From: Chromera velia
Taxonomy: Eukaryota
Reading direction: 5' to 3'
Length of the DNA stretch: 64,000 nt
Assembly (NCBI GenBank): GCA_018398765.1
Contig: JAHBMJ010000046.1
Coordinates: 62,001-126,000 of the forward strand
In this document: one piece after another, positions 1-14,334 of the stretch
Position numbering within the stretch: position 1 is the first letter of the stretch
Layout: each line of letters starts with the position of its first letter
Notes under the pieces: generated by a model
What the model was told of the DNA's origin: nothing
Seen by the model: the letters and a program-made list of their open reading frames with translations, nothing else
Database searches by the model: none
Made by a program: the position numbers and the translations under genes

Positions 1-423
1 GGCGTCGGAAATTCCGCACGTCGCAACTCTCTGCACAAAGGATTGAACGATCGCCTGATTCAAATGAATGGATATGAAGCATGATTCAAACGGATAATTA
101 TGAATAGAAAAGATGAAAAGCGGGGGGGGGAATGATAGACGCATCCTTTTTCTCAACCTGCTTCTCTGACTCCATCTGCGTTTGTCTTGTGCAATCATTT
201 CCCTTTGTTGTGTGATTGGTAACTTCAACATCTGTCACTTTTCCCATTTCTTGCTCCTCCGGCTGGATCTCTTGTGTTTTTGTTTGTGTCTGGTATTTCC
301 ATGCATCTCTTCATCAGTCATCATCCATTGATCGTCAGACACCCTTTCTGATCTGCACAAAGTCATTCGATTTATTTCTGTCTCGTGCGCATACAAAAAT
401 ACAGACACTTTTCTTTTTTTAAC

Positions 424-1522
424 TCACGCTTTGATCATCTGATCGCTCAATCCAAACAAGACGGTAGCCTCAGAAGGACTAATCCTCTCTCTGGGCTGGG
501 GGGGCGAGAGGGTTTCTCTCGATCCTCTGGGCTGTTGTGAGAGGGCGGGAGAGCGGGGGGGGTCCGGGGACCTGGGGGGTATACCGGGGGATCGAGGAGG
601 GAGACGAGATCGATCCCCAGGCCCCAGACACGTCTTCACACTGCCATCACTTTTGGAGACGAATTTATTGCTTGGAGGACCGGGGCCCCTTACAGAGAGA
701 GAGGGGGAGAATGGACCTTCATGATCCCCCAAGGATCTCGTCACTGTATTTGGGGAAGGACGCAGTACTAATCTCTCGCTTGCCCTCCCAGGAGAAGACA
801 AAGGGGGACGCCCATTCCTTGCCCTGAACCCCCCATTTTCTCCTCCCCTTTCCTGGGAACCTCTGGATTCCGATCTAACGCTCCCTCCACGCACACTCAA
901 TCGACTCGCTTCGATCAGTCGAGCCCCTGTTTCTGAAGGCCATGTTTTTTGGATCACCGTCATTGCTCCGTCGAATGCATTTACGAGTGCAAACTCAAGA
1001 GTGTCGGCAGAGTGAGACAACGTAATCTCTCTCTGGGGCCGATTTTCGTCGGCAGCGGGCCCGGCGATGACGGACGCCGCCTGCCACCCTTTTCTCGGCC
1101 CCATGGTGACCCCCACAGACAGTTCGACTCCCGTTTCCCAAACAGCCGACGCGACCTCCTGAACCGGAACTCTCCTGAAGATATCCCTCTTCAGAGTGCT
1201 CAGACAGACCTTCTGCACAGTCGCAGTCGGACTGCAAGGGGAGACGCCAACCATGGAGACAAAGGTGCACGGACAAGAGGTGGAAAAGAGAGAAGGTCAA
1301 AGAGAAGTTTGAAAAAGGAAAACGATTATTTCCCAAGGCCGCAGGGACATGGCCATCCGTACACCGCGTCCCCCACCGACCCCTCATTGGTGATTAACGT
1401 TCATTAAAGTAAAGGCGAAAGGGGGAAAAGGGAAAAGGGGTTCAGACAGACGAAGTCCACAGATAGGGAAACAACACAGAAATCTGGATCGGAGAGAGAT
1501 AGACAGCAAAGACGTTTTTGCA

Positions 1523-1586
<64 letters not shown>

Positions 1587-3273
1587 GAACGAGATGCGCG
1601 CAGTTGTTTCTTCTGTCTCTCACCTGAGGGACCCGCAATACATCGGGTGAAAGGAATGCCACGTCCGTATTTTTCAACTCACTCAAAACAGACAAACGGA
1701 ATCTGAGACACAGACAGACAGAGAGACGGACAAACAGACAATAGAGAAGGGAGGATGGGCAGAAAGGCTGTTGGATTGACGGATCGACGGACGGACGGAC
1801 ATGCAAACCGGCAGGCAGGCAGACAGACCTATCAAAAGGGTATGGAAGCTTTGCGATAAAGAGGACGACGTTGAACTGCAACTTCTCCCGTATGCCCAGC
1901 CTTGAGGCCTCATCAATCTCCAGAGAAAAGGGGTCCAGAAAATCACCCCCCCTCCTCTTCCCTGTGACCTGATTGACCAGCCAGTCATAGTCATCCCTCT
2001 GAATCACCGTCACGTTCTCTCTGCGCAAACCATTCGGGAGGGATCTCTCTGTGTCGCTGTCACTTTGTCGGTTTCTGTCTGAGTATCTATCTATGTCGCT
2101 GCCTCTCCCTCTCCCTCTGTCCCATTCCCTCTGTTCCCCGTTTCTGTCTCTTAACGGGAACCGCCCCCCCCTGCTTCGGTCTGGCTGTGAATAGCCAGAG
2201 TGATCAGATCGTCCTGACGAGTGCCCGTCTCTCTGACTTGGCGCATCGACATCTGGCGGCAACAGAGACCTCGGGTGCCCGTTCTGATAGCCGCCTCCCC
2301 CCCACATTCCCATTTCCCCCCTTCCTTCTCTTTCTTGCTGTTCAAAGTTGGCAGGAGACCCACGACGGTCGTTGCCTTCTTGCAAGAACCGTCCTCCCAT
2401 CCCTCCGGGCCCTGGTGAACTGTGTGGAAAGTCTTCCTCCATTCGGTCTCTCTCTCCCCCCCCCCTCCCCCCAGGAGGGGTCTCCCTCCACCTCTCCCTC
2501 CCCTGCATTCCCCCCATGCCCATGCCCCCCCCCTCCTCTCCGACCAAGCTCTGCTGGGGAGATCGGAGGGAGGACGCAGCAGTCGTTGCATTCCGCATCC
2601 CTGCTGCTGCTGCATCCCTTCCGTTCGCCGTCCCCTCCACCGCCTGCAAGGACAAGAGAGAGGGGGAGAAAGAAGCAGGTTTCGGCCATAGCCAAAGGAT
2701 GCATGGAAGAGAAATGCACATGTGTATGCAAGCACAGAATTCATGCGGCGGGCTGGCCAGCTGAAGGAAAGGAGAGACGGCAAGTTCGTTAGATGAATAG
2801 AGGGAAAGAAAGGGTGACGATTGGGAGAAAAAGAGGGTTAGGCACGCAAACTCTCCGCGCTTCTGTAAAGTTTCTTCCCTTTGCCATCAGAAGTGAGAAA
2901 GTGATCCTGCCCTCTCTGTCCTCACAAAGTTATCCTCCCCCCTCAGTCTTCTTTCTGATCTGACCATGAGTTTTATGGTCAGTTTTTGAAGAGCCTCGAG
3001 GTAATGGACTAGCTCCTGCAAGCAACCAAAACCAGCACCGAGAGAGGAGGCCATGAGCCGAAAGGGTTTTCGGGACACGGCAGGAAAAGGAGATTTCCGG
3101 AGGGAAAAGAAAGTCATTTATGCCTTCGGCCTGTCAATTCGGTGTAACGCCTTGCCAGCCGCCCCCTCCTCCCTGAGTTCAGCTGTATGGATCTGTTTCC
3201 TCTCTTCCTCTTCTGCGTGTCTGTCAGTCAGTCGTGAAAGAAGGAAGAAAAAGAAAAGATGGAAGGAAGGAAG

Positions 3274-3305
<32 letters not shown>

Positions 3306-3342
3306 AGAAAGAAAAGAAAGAAAGAAAGAAAGAAAGACAAGA

Positions 3343-3387
<45 letters not shown>

Positions 3388-4453
3388 AGAACGACACAAG
3401 CACCTAGATACCGTGCGCAGACACAGACAGACAGACAAGACACACATAGAGACACACTATATCGTCTTTTCTTTTCCTTTTTCTCTTTCTTCATTCTCTT
3501 CTGTTTTTTTTTTTTTCTTCTTTTGGCATAGACAGGCAGACAGACAGACAGACGGACTTTACTATACGTTCGTTTCTTCATGCACCCAGGCACACAACCA
3601 GGCGGGACCAGAAGCAGACGGGCCTTCCTCCTGCTAGAAAGAATCCGACTGACCTTATTCTTTAAATGCCTCCCACAAGTCATTATGCCCGTCAACAGGT
3701 CCTCATGCTGAAAGGAAGAAAGATTATTTTCCCCGACGTCGGGAAAGGACAGACACAGAGGCACAAAGGGAGGCAGGGATGCATACACAGAATGAAAGAG
3801 AGGGATGCTTCCTTCAGTCGACAACATTATGTCATCTCGATGCAGAAAAGAAGTTCCTCAGATAAGATTGACATGCAGACACAAGGAGGAGGAGGAGGAT
3901 CATGCAGTGGCAGGAGTTTCGCAGAGTCGCTCGTTCATCGCTTCCGTTGAGATGCATCCTCCTTCTCCTCGAAAAATCATCTCTCTCTTCTGCCTTGTTT
4001 CTTCCCTTTCTGCTCCCATCAAGCCAGGCAAATCCACACCGAGCAGACAACGAAAAAATTAATTCCTCCACGGCTCACTAAACCACCACCCACTCCAATC
4101 TTTTTGTTCGATTGTTCCTGTTTCTATTCGTGCATCATCAGAGCATCCAAATACTCCATCACCCACTCCAATCTTTTTGTTCGATTGTTCCTGTTTCTAT
4201 TCGTGCATCATCAGAGCATCCAAATACTCCATCGTCCTCGACTGACATCTCCCCATCTGTAGGGACCCTCTGAAAGCAGCTCCCCAGCTTTCCCTTTGAA
4301 GAGCTGGTGGCTTGCAAGCTTCGGGATGAGATGCTCCACGAACCACTGCGAGTGGAAATCCCGCATTCTCATTGCCATGGGAGACGACCGCGTCGCCTTA
4401 TCCAACGCACAGCAAAAACCATCCTCGAATGTTTCCTCATCAGGCCAATCCAT
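424..4453 (-). CDS. Multi-exon hypothetical protein (low-complexity middle); exon boundaries approximate
   Basis: ATG at 4453 (MDWPDEETFEDGF...), GTCAGT donor near 4245, coding-like segments at ~3650-3750, ~3120-3180, ~2930-3020, 1840-2645, ~1625-1680, and a final long ORF 424-1254. No family recognised. Confidence 0.55.
4088..4233. repeat. Perfect 73-bp tandem duplication in an intron
   Basis: Unit acccactccaatc...atactccatc at 4088-4160 is repeated at 4161-4233. Confidence 0.95.
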
Positions 4454-5400
4454 TCCTCCCTCCCCTTCAAAATATCAGGACACACAAGTCGAAGCCTCTG
4501 CCTGTCGAAGATCGAGAGACAGTGCAGCGGTCCGGCGCCGGAGACAAAAAAAATCGATCAGCTTTTGCTCTCACTGCTTGAGAGGGTGACCGTGTGTCCG
4601 AATGGAGGCCAAAAAAAGAATTTGTCGACCAATCAGCTTGTTTTTGTTGCTGTGCTGTGGAGAGCAGATTTTTCAAGACAGTTCAAGGCATGGCCTCCGA
4701 GGGCCAGCAGTCACTGGAAGGCAGAGACGTGTAACCACTCTCTCAGCAAGTTCGAGACGGACGAACAATTTTGTCGCTTTTTCACAGGTAGAGCGTTTCT
4801 TTATGCCAAAAGACGCCAGAATGTACGTGGGCGGTCAAACAGCGCTCCTTCACCGTGTTGTGACGATGCAGTCGAGCAGAAGTTTCGCACCCTTCTTCCA
4901 GCAGCAGAGGAAGGCCTGCACAGTCAAACAAGATTTCCGCAGAATGTCGATGACGCTGCGCTCTTCGACTTCGACATTGCAACGAGGATCTAACAGCAGT
5001 ACGTGACAGAGTGTATATACCAATCTGAATTGAAAGCATCGTTGCATGGCAGATCGTTTTGCCGACTGCATGGCTGCCGATCATTGCCGATCGACTGGTA
5101 AGATCGATTCTGGTACGTTGATCGAAAGTCTTTGGGAAAATCGCGGCGGCGCGCGGGACGCGGGCGGCGAGGGCCGCGTGCGCATGCAGTCGCTCAGACT
5201 GCATGCCCGTGAAACATTCTGACGATGTCTGCAGCCATGCATTGTTTTGGCATTTCTGCACGAAATGGAGCGACAAACACAAGCAAAGTGTACCGTACGA
5301 GAGTTCCCTGCCAAGGTTGTTGGCTAAAGTAGACGATTGAACCCGAGAGAAACGAGACACAACTGACCACTATCTCTTAGCCGAAGACTTAAATTCCGCT

Positions 5401-6643
5401 ATGGACGGGGTTGTACCTGACATGAGCATGAGCTCCGTCAGGTCGAGCCTCACAGCAAGGACAGGAAAGCCCCCCCCTGCGGCGCTCAGCGTAAGTCGAT
5501 CAAAGTCCAAAACACTGGAAGGTTGTTCACTTGAAGGCATTGCATGACGTACTTGCCTGCATTTGTGTGCATGTGCATGTGTATGCAGAAGGAGATGCTG
5601 TACCGCTTCCACGAGAGGCTGACACTGTCTGTGCTCGAGGACATGTGGTTCGACATCAAGCAGCTGCTCATCAAAGACCCCTCAGCGGACGGGAAGGTAG
5701 GGATTCGTGCAAGTGCTCTCTGGCATTGATCAGTCCGCATCCATGTAATTAATCTGTTGCGTCCCAACCGCATGAAGATTCGTCAATTCTTTTCTTCTTC
5801 CCATGTGCAGATCTCAAGAAACGATCTCGTCAGATTTGGAGTTTCAGTTCTAGCTCGTGAAAAGCACGGCGCTTATCACCTGTCAGAGGAAGAGAAGACA
5901 GTCATTGGTAGGTTCACAAGCACAGACAGACACAGAGAAGGTGACTCAGGTCAGACGTTTTTTGCAATCCGACCCTTCTGGCCTCTCCCGTATGCACAGA
6001 CGTTCTCTGCATGTCTAGCAGGAACATCTATGAGGGACTAGCATACGAAAAGCTGTGAACAAAGTGCTCTCCCGAAGTTCTTCTTTCAATTTCAGTGTCA
6101 GTCTGTTACTTGTGCTGCCTGTGTCTCTGCCAGAACGCATGCATGCGTTGATGGAAGGGGGAATGGACAGAAGGATTTGTGCAAGAATGGAGGTGAATGG
6201 ATGAGAAGACGGACGGGGGGGGACGCAGGGAATGACCGACGATGAAAGAACAAAATGATGGACGAACACATGTTAATAAATAGATAGAGGAAAGAGGGAT
6301 ACAGTGAAAGATAGACAGCTTGCTCGCTGCATACACAGCTGCTCATTGTCTGCTCTGTCATCGTCTGTGTGAGACCCAATCATCCTTCTCTTTTTGTTTT
6401 GCAGACAGAATCTTTAGTCGGATCGACTGCTGGCACGAAAACCTCCTGACAGCAACGGACGTCATCACCAGTCTCATTCTGGTATGTGCGTCCGTTCGTC
6501 CGTTCGTCCGTCTATCTACCTGTCTGTGTGAAGAAAAGAGGAGAAAACGTGCAATCTGTCTGTCTCTCTGTATTTTCGCTCTTTCTTTCTTTCGTTCTCT
6601 CCCTCTCCCTCTCAGCGTGCATGTGTTTGTATACTCTTGGTGT

Positions 6644-6682
<39 letters not shown>

Positions 6683-7226
6683 CTTGGTGTGTATGATCAG
6701 GAGAGAGAAGNNNNNNNNNNNNNNNNNNNNNNNNNNNNNNNNNNNNNNNNNNNNNNNNNNNNNNNNNNNNNNNNNNNNNNNNNNNNNNNNNNNNNNNNNN
6801 NNNNNNNNNNNNNNNNNNNNNNNNNNNNNNNNNNNNNNNNNNNNNNNNNNNNNNNNNNNNNNNNNNNNNNNNNNNNNNNNNNNNNNNNNNNNNNNNNNNN
6901 NNNNNNNNNNNNNNNNNNNNNNNNNNNNNNNNNNNNNNNNNNNNNNNNNNNNNNNNNNNNNNNNNNNNNNNNNNNNNNNNNNNNAAAGCAAGAGACAGTC
7001 TCTGCGTGCGTCCATGTCTGCGTGCAGCTTTGCAATGCATCTCCCCTGGACAAACTGAAATCCCTCTTTCGGTTAGTTCGTTTGCTTTCGATGTCTCTGC
7101 GTGCCTTCCTTTCTTTTCTGTTCTCCTTTGCCTCGAATATGCAAGCTTTCGATGTCTCTGGAACACCTTGTCGCCTTGGTTCTTCATTTTTTTCTCTTCG
7201 GGTTTCTTATCTTTCACTCTCCGAGT

Positions 7227-7266
<40 letters not shown>

Positions 7267-8134
7267 CTCTCTTCAGGGTGTTCGACGCCGACGACGACTC
7301 CTGTCTGACCCCCGACGAGATCTTCGAGATGTACTTGGCGATCCAGTCGAACGACACGTCAAAAGACCCGTAGGTCCTTCTTTCCTTTCAGTGCAGAACG
7401 TTTCATTTGAAGTGAGTGGCTTGGCTTGGACTCTTCAATTATAGGATGAAACAATCTGTCGCTTATTTGTCAGATTGATTTGAATGCAGAACATTCCATC
7501 TATTGCTCTCCGAATCCTTGTGCTTTGAACGTTTTTTTTTCTTCGAATACTTGGGAGATCTTTCCGCTTGACTCGTCTTGTCCTTCCTCTGTGGCGGAAA
7601 GGAACGGGACTTGAATGCTTATGGCTTCCTTGGTCTCTCCAATCCATTCCATTCTGCCCCCCCCCTCCCCCTTCCCGTCCCGCTTGTGCATGCAGAACCC
7701 TTCAGTCTGCAGACCTCCTCTTTGACAACGAGCTGGCACTGCAGCAGGCCAAGAGAATGTTCCTTCTGACTGTCGATATCATGCAGGTAAGTGGGTGAGG
7801 AGGGAGGGTGTGAAATCAACGGGAGAGGGCAGGACTAGCTGAGGGAAGACAAAAGAGCTGCCCACGATATCTGAGAAAAACAGGATCGTGGAAAATAAAG
7901 CAGACTCGTAGGGACACTGAGACTCGCAGGGAGTTTTGGAGACGGTCGGCATGCATGCATGCGGGCGGGCTTCTGTTGCATGTGCCGATCATGAAGTCCG
8001 ACCACTCACTGACTGCGAGAAGGTCGTGGGAGCGTTTTGCGGGGTGAACGGTGGATTCATCTTCATCCTGGGCAGTTTGTTTTTTGTTTTTGCCTTTCTT
8101 GCGCCTTCTGTTTCATCCTCAGTACGTGGAGTAG

Positions 8135-8183
<49 letters not shown>

Positions 8184-11100
8184 ATGTGTGTATGTGTGTG
8201 TGCAGGGGCTGAGTGACTTCGTGACTTTTGAAGAATTTCGCAAGAGTTGCGAGGCCTTCCCTGCTCTAATGCAAATGCTTTTGCCTGGCAGGTCAGTGAG
8301 TGAGCGCTTTTTTTCCTGTCTGCCTCTCTTTCTGTCTACATGTACCCCTTGCTACCTGTCTGACTGACTCAGTTTGCGTATCGAGCTGCTTACCTGTCCG
8401 ACAGCCAGACAATCACTCTTTCTTGTTTTCGACAAAGATGCTGTTTGATTCGTCGAAGTGCGGGCAGAGTTTCTTCGATCAGGACCTCCGACAGCCTTTT
8501 TGAAGAGCGCTGCTCGTTACGCGAGTCCCTTAGAATGCATGCAGGTCAGATGTAAAGTTTGCGTGCCCCCACCCACCCACCCACCCGCATGCATGCAGGT
8601 TTTCCCTCGCGTGGATTCTGGAACACTCACGGCCTCCCATGCTGACCGTGGTGAGTTCCTGCGTGGCTTTTTCTTCTCTGTGTATACCTGTCTACACTGA
8701 AAAAGGAGAAGGGGGGGGGCAAAGTGTCAGAAAACTTAGCGACCCCACGGATAAAACGGCANGGGGGGGGGGGGAACGCCTTGAGATTTTTTTCTGCAAC
8801 TAATTAAATTCTTTGAGACAGCATTTGTACTTATCGGTTTCTTCGCTTCATTCATAAGCTTACCAGTCCATCTGTTTATTCAGGGGTGAATTAGGTTTCT
8901 TCAAGACTGTCGTCGATTCTTCTTTGTCTTTTGTTTTCTTTCTGTTTTCAGGACGGGCCAAACGCGAGGGCGGAAAGAGATCAGGCTCGTGCTTTCGTGA
9001 AGGAGGCGCTGAGAGGGCCTGACAATGTTCGTCAGTGAGTCAGCTCGTTTTGCTCTCAGATCCGAGTTGGAAAATCACGTTGAAAATATACCTGCCCTTA
9101 TCATCAAGCGGCTTTCTGCAACATTCCGTACCTTCTCTCGTTGATCCATCCGGTTTGCACTTCTCTTGGCGACTTCTCTTTGCAGAAAGTGGTACGACTG
9201 GACATCCAGCAAGGGAGAGGGGTGAGGCTCTTGCAATACGCAATGAACCCGTCAAGTCAGTGAGTCCCCTGTAGGGCTTGTGGGTGTTTGCCTAAACTGT
9301 ATTTTCCGTTTCAGTCTGAGACGGGGACAGCCTGTGAGGGGAACTGCTTTATCTCCTTCACTGGAGCTTGTGTTAGCTACGACAAAAACTAATATCTACT
9401 TTGCTGCTGCTTTATCAGCCAACGTAATTTCTCAGTCTTTCATCCTGGTCGAAGGTCACCTGCCCGACTTAATTACGTTGAGCTCATTTCTGTATGTGCG
9501 CCTTTTGTCTTCGTCAGGCAAAGAACCTCTGGTGACAGCCGAACAGGAACGAGAGCGTGAGAAAGAGAAAGAGCGAGAGAGGGAGAAGGAGAAGGAGAGG
9601 GAGAGAGAAAGAGAAAGGGAGAACGGAGGACGATCCAAGTCCAGACAGCCCACAGCTGCAGGCAGGAGAACAGGACCGGCTGGTGCGTCTGCGTCCGCTT
9701 CTGCTTCCTCCAAACTCCCTGCTGCCGAGCCTGGGGGTCCTTCGTCACAGTCTAGGGCAGTCAGTCGAATGTCCAAACACCCCAAAGATCACTCAGGGGC
9801 TCCGCCTCCCACTGCAGCAAGTGGAAAGAGGACAGCCCCCCCCACACGTGGAGGAAGTGGGGGGGTGCCTTCTGGTAAGGCTGCCTCTCGCCCCCCTGCG
9901 GCCTCTCCGATGCCTCTCGGGAAGGCGTTCGCGTCTGCAGAAGGGAAGAAGACCGGACAGGGCACAGCTGCAGCTCTCCAAGCAGCGCTGCACAGTCAGA
10001 CGCCCTCTGCGCCTCTTGAGCAGAATCTCTCTACCGCGCAGTCGCTCACACAGACGCAGGAGGGCGAGACTGCGGGTGACGGTCACGGAGGGGACCTGAA
10101 GGACATCAAGGAGAAAGAAAAGGAGGGCGAGAAGGAGAAGGAAAACCACGAGGGAGGAGGGCAGAGACCAGGGACTCCTCAGTCTGTACACACAGAGACT
10201 GCAGCAGGAAAGGAACGGACAGACCCGGGAGGGGCAAAAGGGGAGCGAGGTCGGTTCAGGCGATCCAGTGGTGGCTTATGAGTCATAGGACTACATAAGC
10301 AAGGAAAGGACAAGTCCATTCTGGGAAGAAACGCTGGCTCGTGAACGCCTGACAGGCGTACAGAGAGAAAAAGAAAAAGACAGCGACAGACAAACAAACA
10401 GAGACACACACAGACAGACACCGACCGACGAAAAGGCAGAAAGATGGGCAGACAGGAAGTCTTGCATGAGACTCGCACTTCGACAAAAGCATGCCACTCT
10501 CGTGAGCCTGACTTTCACCCACTCTTCCTCTGCCTCTGCTTCATTTTCAGTAGACAAAGACAGAATCGTTGCTTGTGGAGAAACACTTGGCTCATTTGCG
10601 TTCTCTGAATGAGTATGCATGTGGACCAGAATCTCTAATGCAAAGCTAATCAATTACACGTCTCTTCCATTTGCTCCCTTCCTCTGTCTTCTGCAGAGAG
10701 CGAAGACGAAGATGCAGAGGTTCAAAAAGAAGGTCCGTGACTAGAGACTGACTAGAGGGGCGATTTTTAAGATGAAAGAATTTTGAAACGGGCACAACGG
10801 AAATTGATAGAGAATCAGCACACTCATGTGCAAAGGGGAGCAAAGTTTTGGGGGTCGATTCCGTTCACACTTATGCTACTTATGTTTTGAGGGTCGATAT
10901 CCCGTTGCTACTGTACGTTTAGTATCAATGTGTGTTTTCTTGTGGAGGTTCTCAGTGACAACAAGCCCTCGGTTGGTTCTTTGTCTATTTTTCTGTGTTG
11001 CAGCTGAGAGAATGCGAAAGGCGCTCGAGAAGAAAAGAAGGTCCTACGACCCCAGCCATGTGACCAACATTGAAATCTATCCGACAGAGACTGTCAACCA

Positions 11101-11545
11101 CCGGCACTCATTTCTGTTCAGGTCATTCATTTCTGGCGACCTTTATCTTCTTCCAAGCAGGCTCTTTGTCCTCCTTCCAGCTCCTTTCCACTTCCATTTC
11201 GCGTATCAAGAGAAGCAAAGGTTGCCATCCCATTCGGGGCCTAGCTTTCATGCAGTGCGCTTGCTTCTTTTCTTTTCGCTCTCTTTTCTCACTTTCCTCG
11301 TCCTAGCGATCTAAGTCAATTGAGGAACACTTTTGGTCTTCCTTTGTGATGATTTTGCCCTCATTGATTTGTTTTGCAGAATGATGCAAGGTGACAAGGC
11401 GGGACTCCTCGGACGCACGCAAGTGAGTGGATGGGGGGGGGAACGCAAGTGCGTCGGTAGCATATCAGTACTTCTCCCTTTTTCTGGGAGCTCTCCGCTA
11501 AAGATTATTCTGCCTCGCAGGCAGTCTCGCAGGCAGTTCATGTAG
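5401..11545 (+). CDS. Multi-exon EF-hand Ca2+-binding protein (NCS/calcineurin-B-like region) with long low-complexity C-terminal part; 3' end approximate
   Basis: Spliced exons give ...LCNASPLDKLKSLFR|VFDADDDSCLTPDEIFEMY...GLSDFVTFEEFRKSCEAFPALMQML, containing a canonical EF loop (DADDDSCLTPDE). Also IFSRIDCWHENLLTATDVITSL. GT/AG boundaries are consistent. Confidence 0.7.
6711..6984. other. Assembly gap (N run); further gaps at 8762, 44257-44270, 45390-45621
   Basis: Runs of N adjacent to microsatellite or G tracts. Confidence 1.
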
Positions 11546-12975
11546 AAGTGGTTGGTTGGGGTACGAGAGCAGTCTGAACTTTTTGATTGAGTCTGCTTGC
11601 CATCGATCCCTATTCTCTTCGTGTGCACGTCCTTGCAGATTCCCAAAAGGGTCTTCAAGTACAGTTGTATGGTGTGCGACCTCTCGCATGATCTGGAGCT
11701 CATGCAGAAGAGAGACCGTCCCTAATACGGCCTGCGAACCGCTTGTGATTCGACGACCTGCACGTGATAAAGAAACCAGACCTAGCCTGACAGTCAGCGT
11801 TGCATTCAAGTTGTCAAGTTGTAGATTGCCCACTAGATTGCCCATAAGCCGGCCCCCCCTGAATTAATTCAATACCATGCAAATTCGGTGAAAAATTAAA
11901 GTTTTTTTATGTATGAAGAAAAACGCATCGTCGTATACTAAATGTTGTTGGAGATTCAGTAAACTTTGAATCTAGGGTGACAATAATAGGGTATAAATTA
12001 CATTAAAAGTTTAAATTTGGAATCGCCGATCTAGTTCCAAATCCTGGCCCTACTAAGAATCCTATAGTCCGAATCTAGGTGTAAGTTAAGCTTTAAAATG
12101 AATTTTTCCAATCCAAATGCAAGAAAGTATCCGTAAACAAAGACCTTTATTATATCTAGCATTACATAGATTCTAAGATTTTAGAAAATTAATTAAAAGT
12201 AACTTGAAAAAAATGGAATTGAACTGTTGTCGTTGTTCAAGCTTGATAACTTTAACTTAATTAGCTAAAATAAGACTGTAATTTTATGTATTTTTTTGAA
12301 GTAACAGGTTTTTGTACTTGAATGTATGATTTATAATTTGTGTCACTTCACTTTAGGTTAATAGAAGAGAGTATAGGTATAAGTATCGCGGCAATGAGTA
12401 ATTGGTGTTATATCTAAATAAAATATATTCTAATTTATCTTGAAAATATTATTCTGTTTCAAGTTGCTAGTCGACGTAGTAGTCGTAATCTACATAATGC
12501 ATCATAACGTACGCCAAAAAAGTAGAAAATTAACGGCGTTTAAAAGTTGAATCAAAACGCTATACAAAAAAATATGTACAATTATGGCGCAGGGTAATGG
12601 GCTTAGTATGAAAATGAATGAGCCTTAACAATAAATGCGCCTCAGATCGAAGCTCACTGGCATGGCCAAAGGCATGCAAACCCAGATACAAACATACCTA
12701 GAAACTTGAACATACGCGCAGAGTTAAATTCACGGCTTATCCTGCTCAGCGTGATGAAAACGGAATTTGAATTAGCTCGTCAATCAGAGTCAGTCTGCGA
12801 GCAGAAACAACAAATTTACCAACGGCACCGTAAAGACAATTTGAATTCATATGCGATAAGAGAAAAGGCTCACCACAGAAAGCGTATGATTGCAATGCAG
12901 AACAAGAACGTCCACCAACACGAACGCTCAATCCGTGCCACACCATGCACGATGCACTTTGAGTCCGCTCTCGAT

Positions 12976-14334
12976 TCATTCCCCCTTTTGAGCCTTCAAG
13001 CGATTCGACCGCCTAGGTTCTCCTGTCGACCTGCTATCCGGGCCTTTCCTCCTCCTCTTTCCCTTTCCAAACACGCTCTTGAAATCCTCCAATGCCAGAG
13101 GGGCGAGAACTGTCACAGCAATAAAGCCAAGCGCTGCGAGGGACTGAAAGAGCCCAGTCCACCCGTACACATCTGCAATCCACGCTGTGAGAAATCCCTG
13201 AAGGATCGCACCCAGACTTCCCATTCCATTTACCAAACCACAGGCTGTACCAACAGCCTGGTTCATTTTATTCCTCTCACACACATCCGTTGTGGCTGCC
13301 CCTCCCAGAACAGAGTCGGGGCCTGCCACCATGAACCCCACAAGAAACATCACACCCATGTTCAAGTGGACCCCGCCCCGACTTGCTGGCCCGTACATAG
13401 CTGACAGAATTCCCGTCAATGCGCACATGGGGGCAACCACAATGATTTTCTTTCCATCGAACAGTCGATCGGCAACGATTCCGCAAACCACAGACCCCAA
13501 CGCCCCCCCAATGTCAAACAAAGTAGACATCAACCCAGCAGTCGCAGCGTCATACTCCAACACCTTACTCAAATAGTAAGGAAGCCAGAACATGAGGGTA
13601 TAACGAACAAGTTTCACACAAAAGTATCCAAATCCCAAAGCCATCAGCCCTGGGATCTTCAGAGTCTCTCCAAACGAGGCAGGCGCCGCTTTCTCTTTTT
13701 CTTTCTTTTTCGTCTCCCCCACACCCCCACCTTTCTTTGCTGCCTCTTCCCCCCCAGTAGACGGGCCTGCGTCAGGCAGACCGAGCAGGAGCGCCACAGA
13801 GCAAGCAAGGACCCACACAGCGGGCCAGAAGAAAGCCGACCTCCATCCAAACCTCGAAAGGAGAAACGCGGCTATTGCTGTTGAACCTGCCCCCCCAACC
13901 TGCTGGCACGTGGTCCAGAGGCCCATCACAGAGCCCCTCTCAGACGCGTCAAACCAGGGATTCAGGGCCTTCACCATCATGGGGAAACACCCCGCCTGCG
14001 TCAATCCGTTCAAACTCCACAACGCGACGAGGAACGTCAAGTTTGCGCTCATTCCGAAAAACAACGTGGTCACAGCAGACCCCAGAAAGCTCAACACAAG
14101 CGTTGGTCTGGCACCAAAGCGGTCGCCTATCGGACCAATCAAAAACTGTCCGACGGCATATGCAGAGAGGAAACCTGTATCAACGGCTCCCAGGCTCTGC
14201 TTGGAGATTCGTAAGTCCGTCTCCATTGCGGCTTTCACCACCGAGAACGGCTTTCGGGTGAAGTAGATGGATGCGTACGTGACGTATGTCAACGCGAACA
14301 CCACCCAACGATACATGGACTTCTGAGGAGCCAT
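12976..14334 (-). CDS. Intronless MFS transporter, organophosphate:Pi antiporter (GlpT/UhpT/SLC37-like) family
   Basis: 452-aa ORF with ~12 hydrophobic segments. Motifs: YFTRKPFSVVK, GPIGDRFGAR, ERGSVMGLWTTCQQVGG, KLVRYTLMFWLPYYL, GPDSVLGG, GTACGLVNGMGSLG. Confidence 0.9.
   Translation of the reverse strand: MAPQKSMYRWVVFALTYVTYASIYFTRKPFSVVKAAMETDLRISKQSLGAVDTGFLSAYAVGQFLIGPIGDRFGARPTLVLSFLGSAVTTLFFGMSANLTFLVALWSLNGLTQAGCFPMMVKALNPWFDASERGSVMGLWTTCQQVGGAGSTAIAAFLLSRFGWRSAFFWPAVWVLACSVALLLGLPDAGPSTGGEEAAKKGGGVGETKKKEKEKAAPASFGETLKIPGLMALGFGYFCVKLVRYTLMFWLPYYLSKVLEYDAATAGLMSTLFDIGGALGSVVCGIVADRLFDGKKIIVVAPMCALTGILSAMYGPASRGGVHLNMGVMFLVGFMVAGPDSVLGGAATTDVCERNKMNQAVGTACGLVNGMGSLGAILQGFLTAWIADVYGWTGLFQSLAALGFIAVTVLAPLALEDFKSVFGKGKRRRKGPDSRSTGEPRRSNRLKAQKGE

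Noticed and set aside
3053..3827. ORFs rich in ERER/LSLS/CVCV/THTH (also near 6320, 41150, 45240)
   Set aside because: Translations of intronic microsatellites or N gaps.
12706..13404. Plus-strand 232-aa ORF and similar antisense ORFs (24969-25748, 49489-50097, 60885-61553)
   Set aside because: Shadows of real genes on the opposite strand with no independent motifs.
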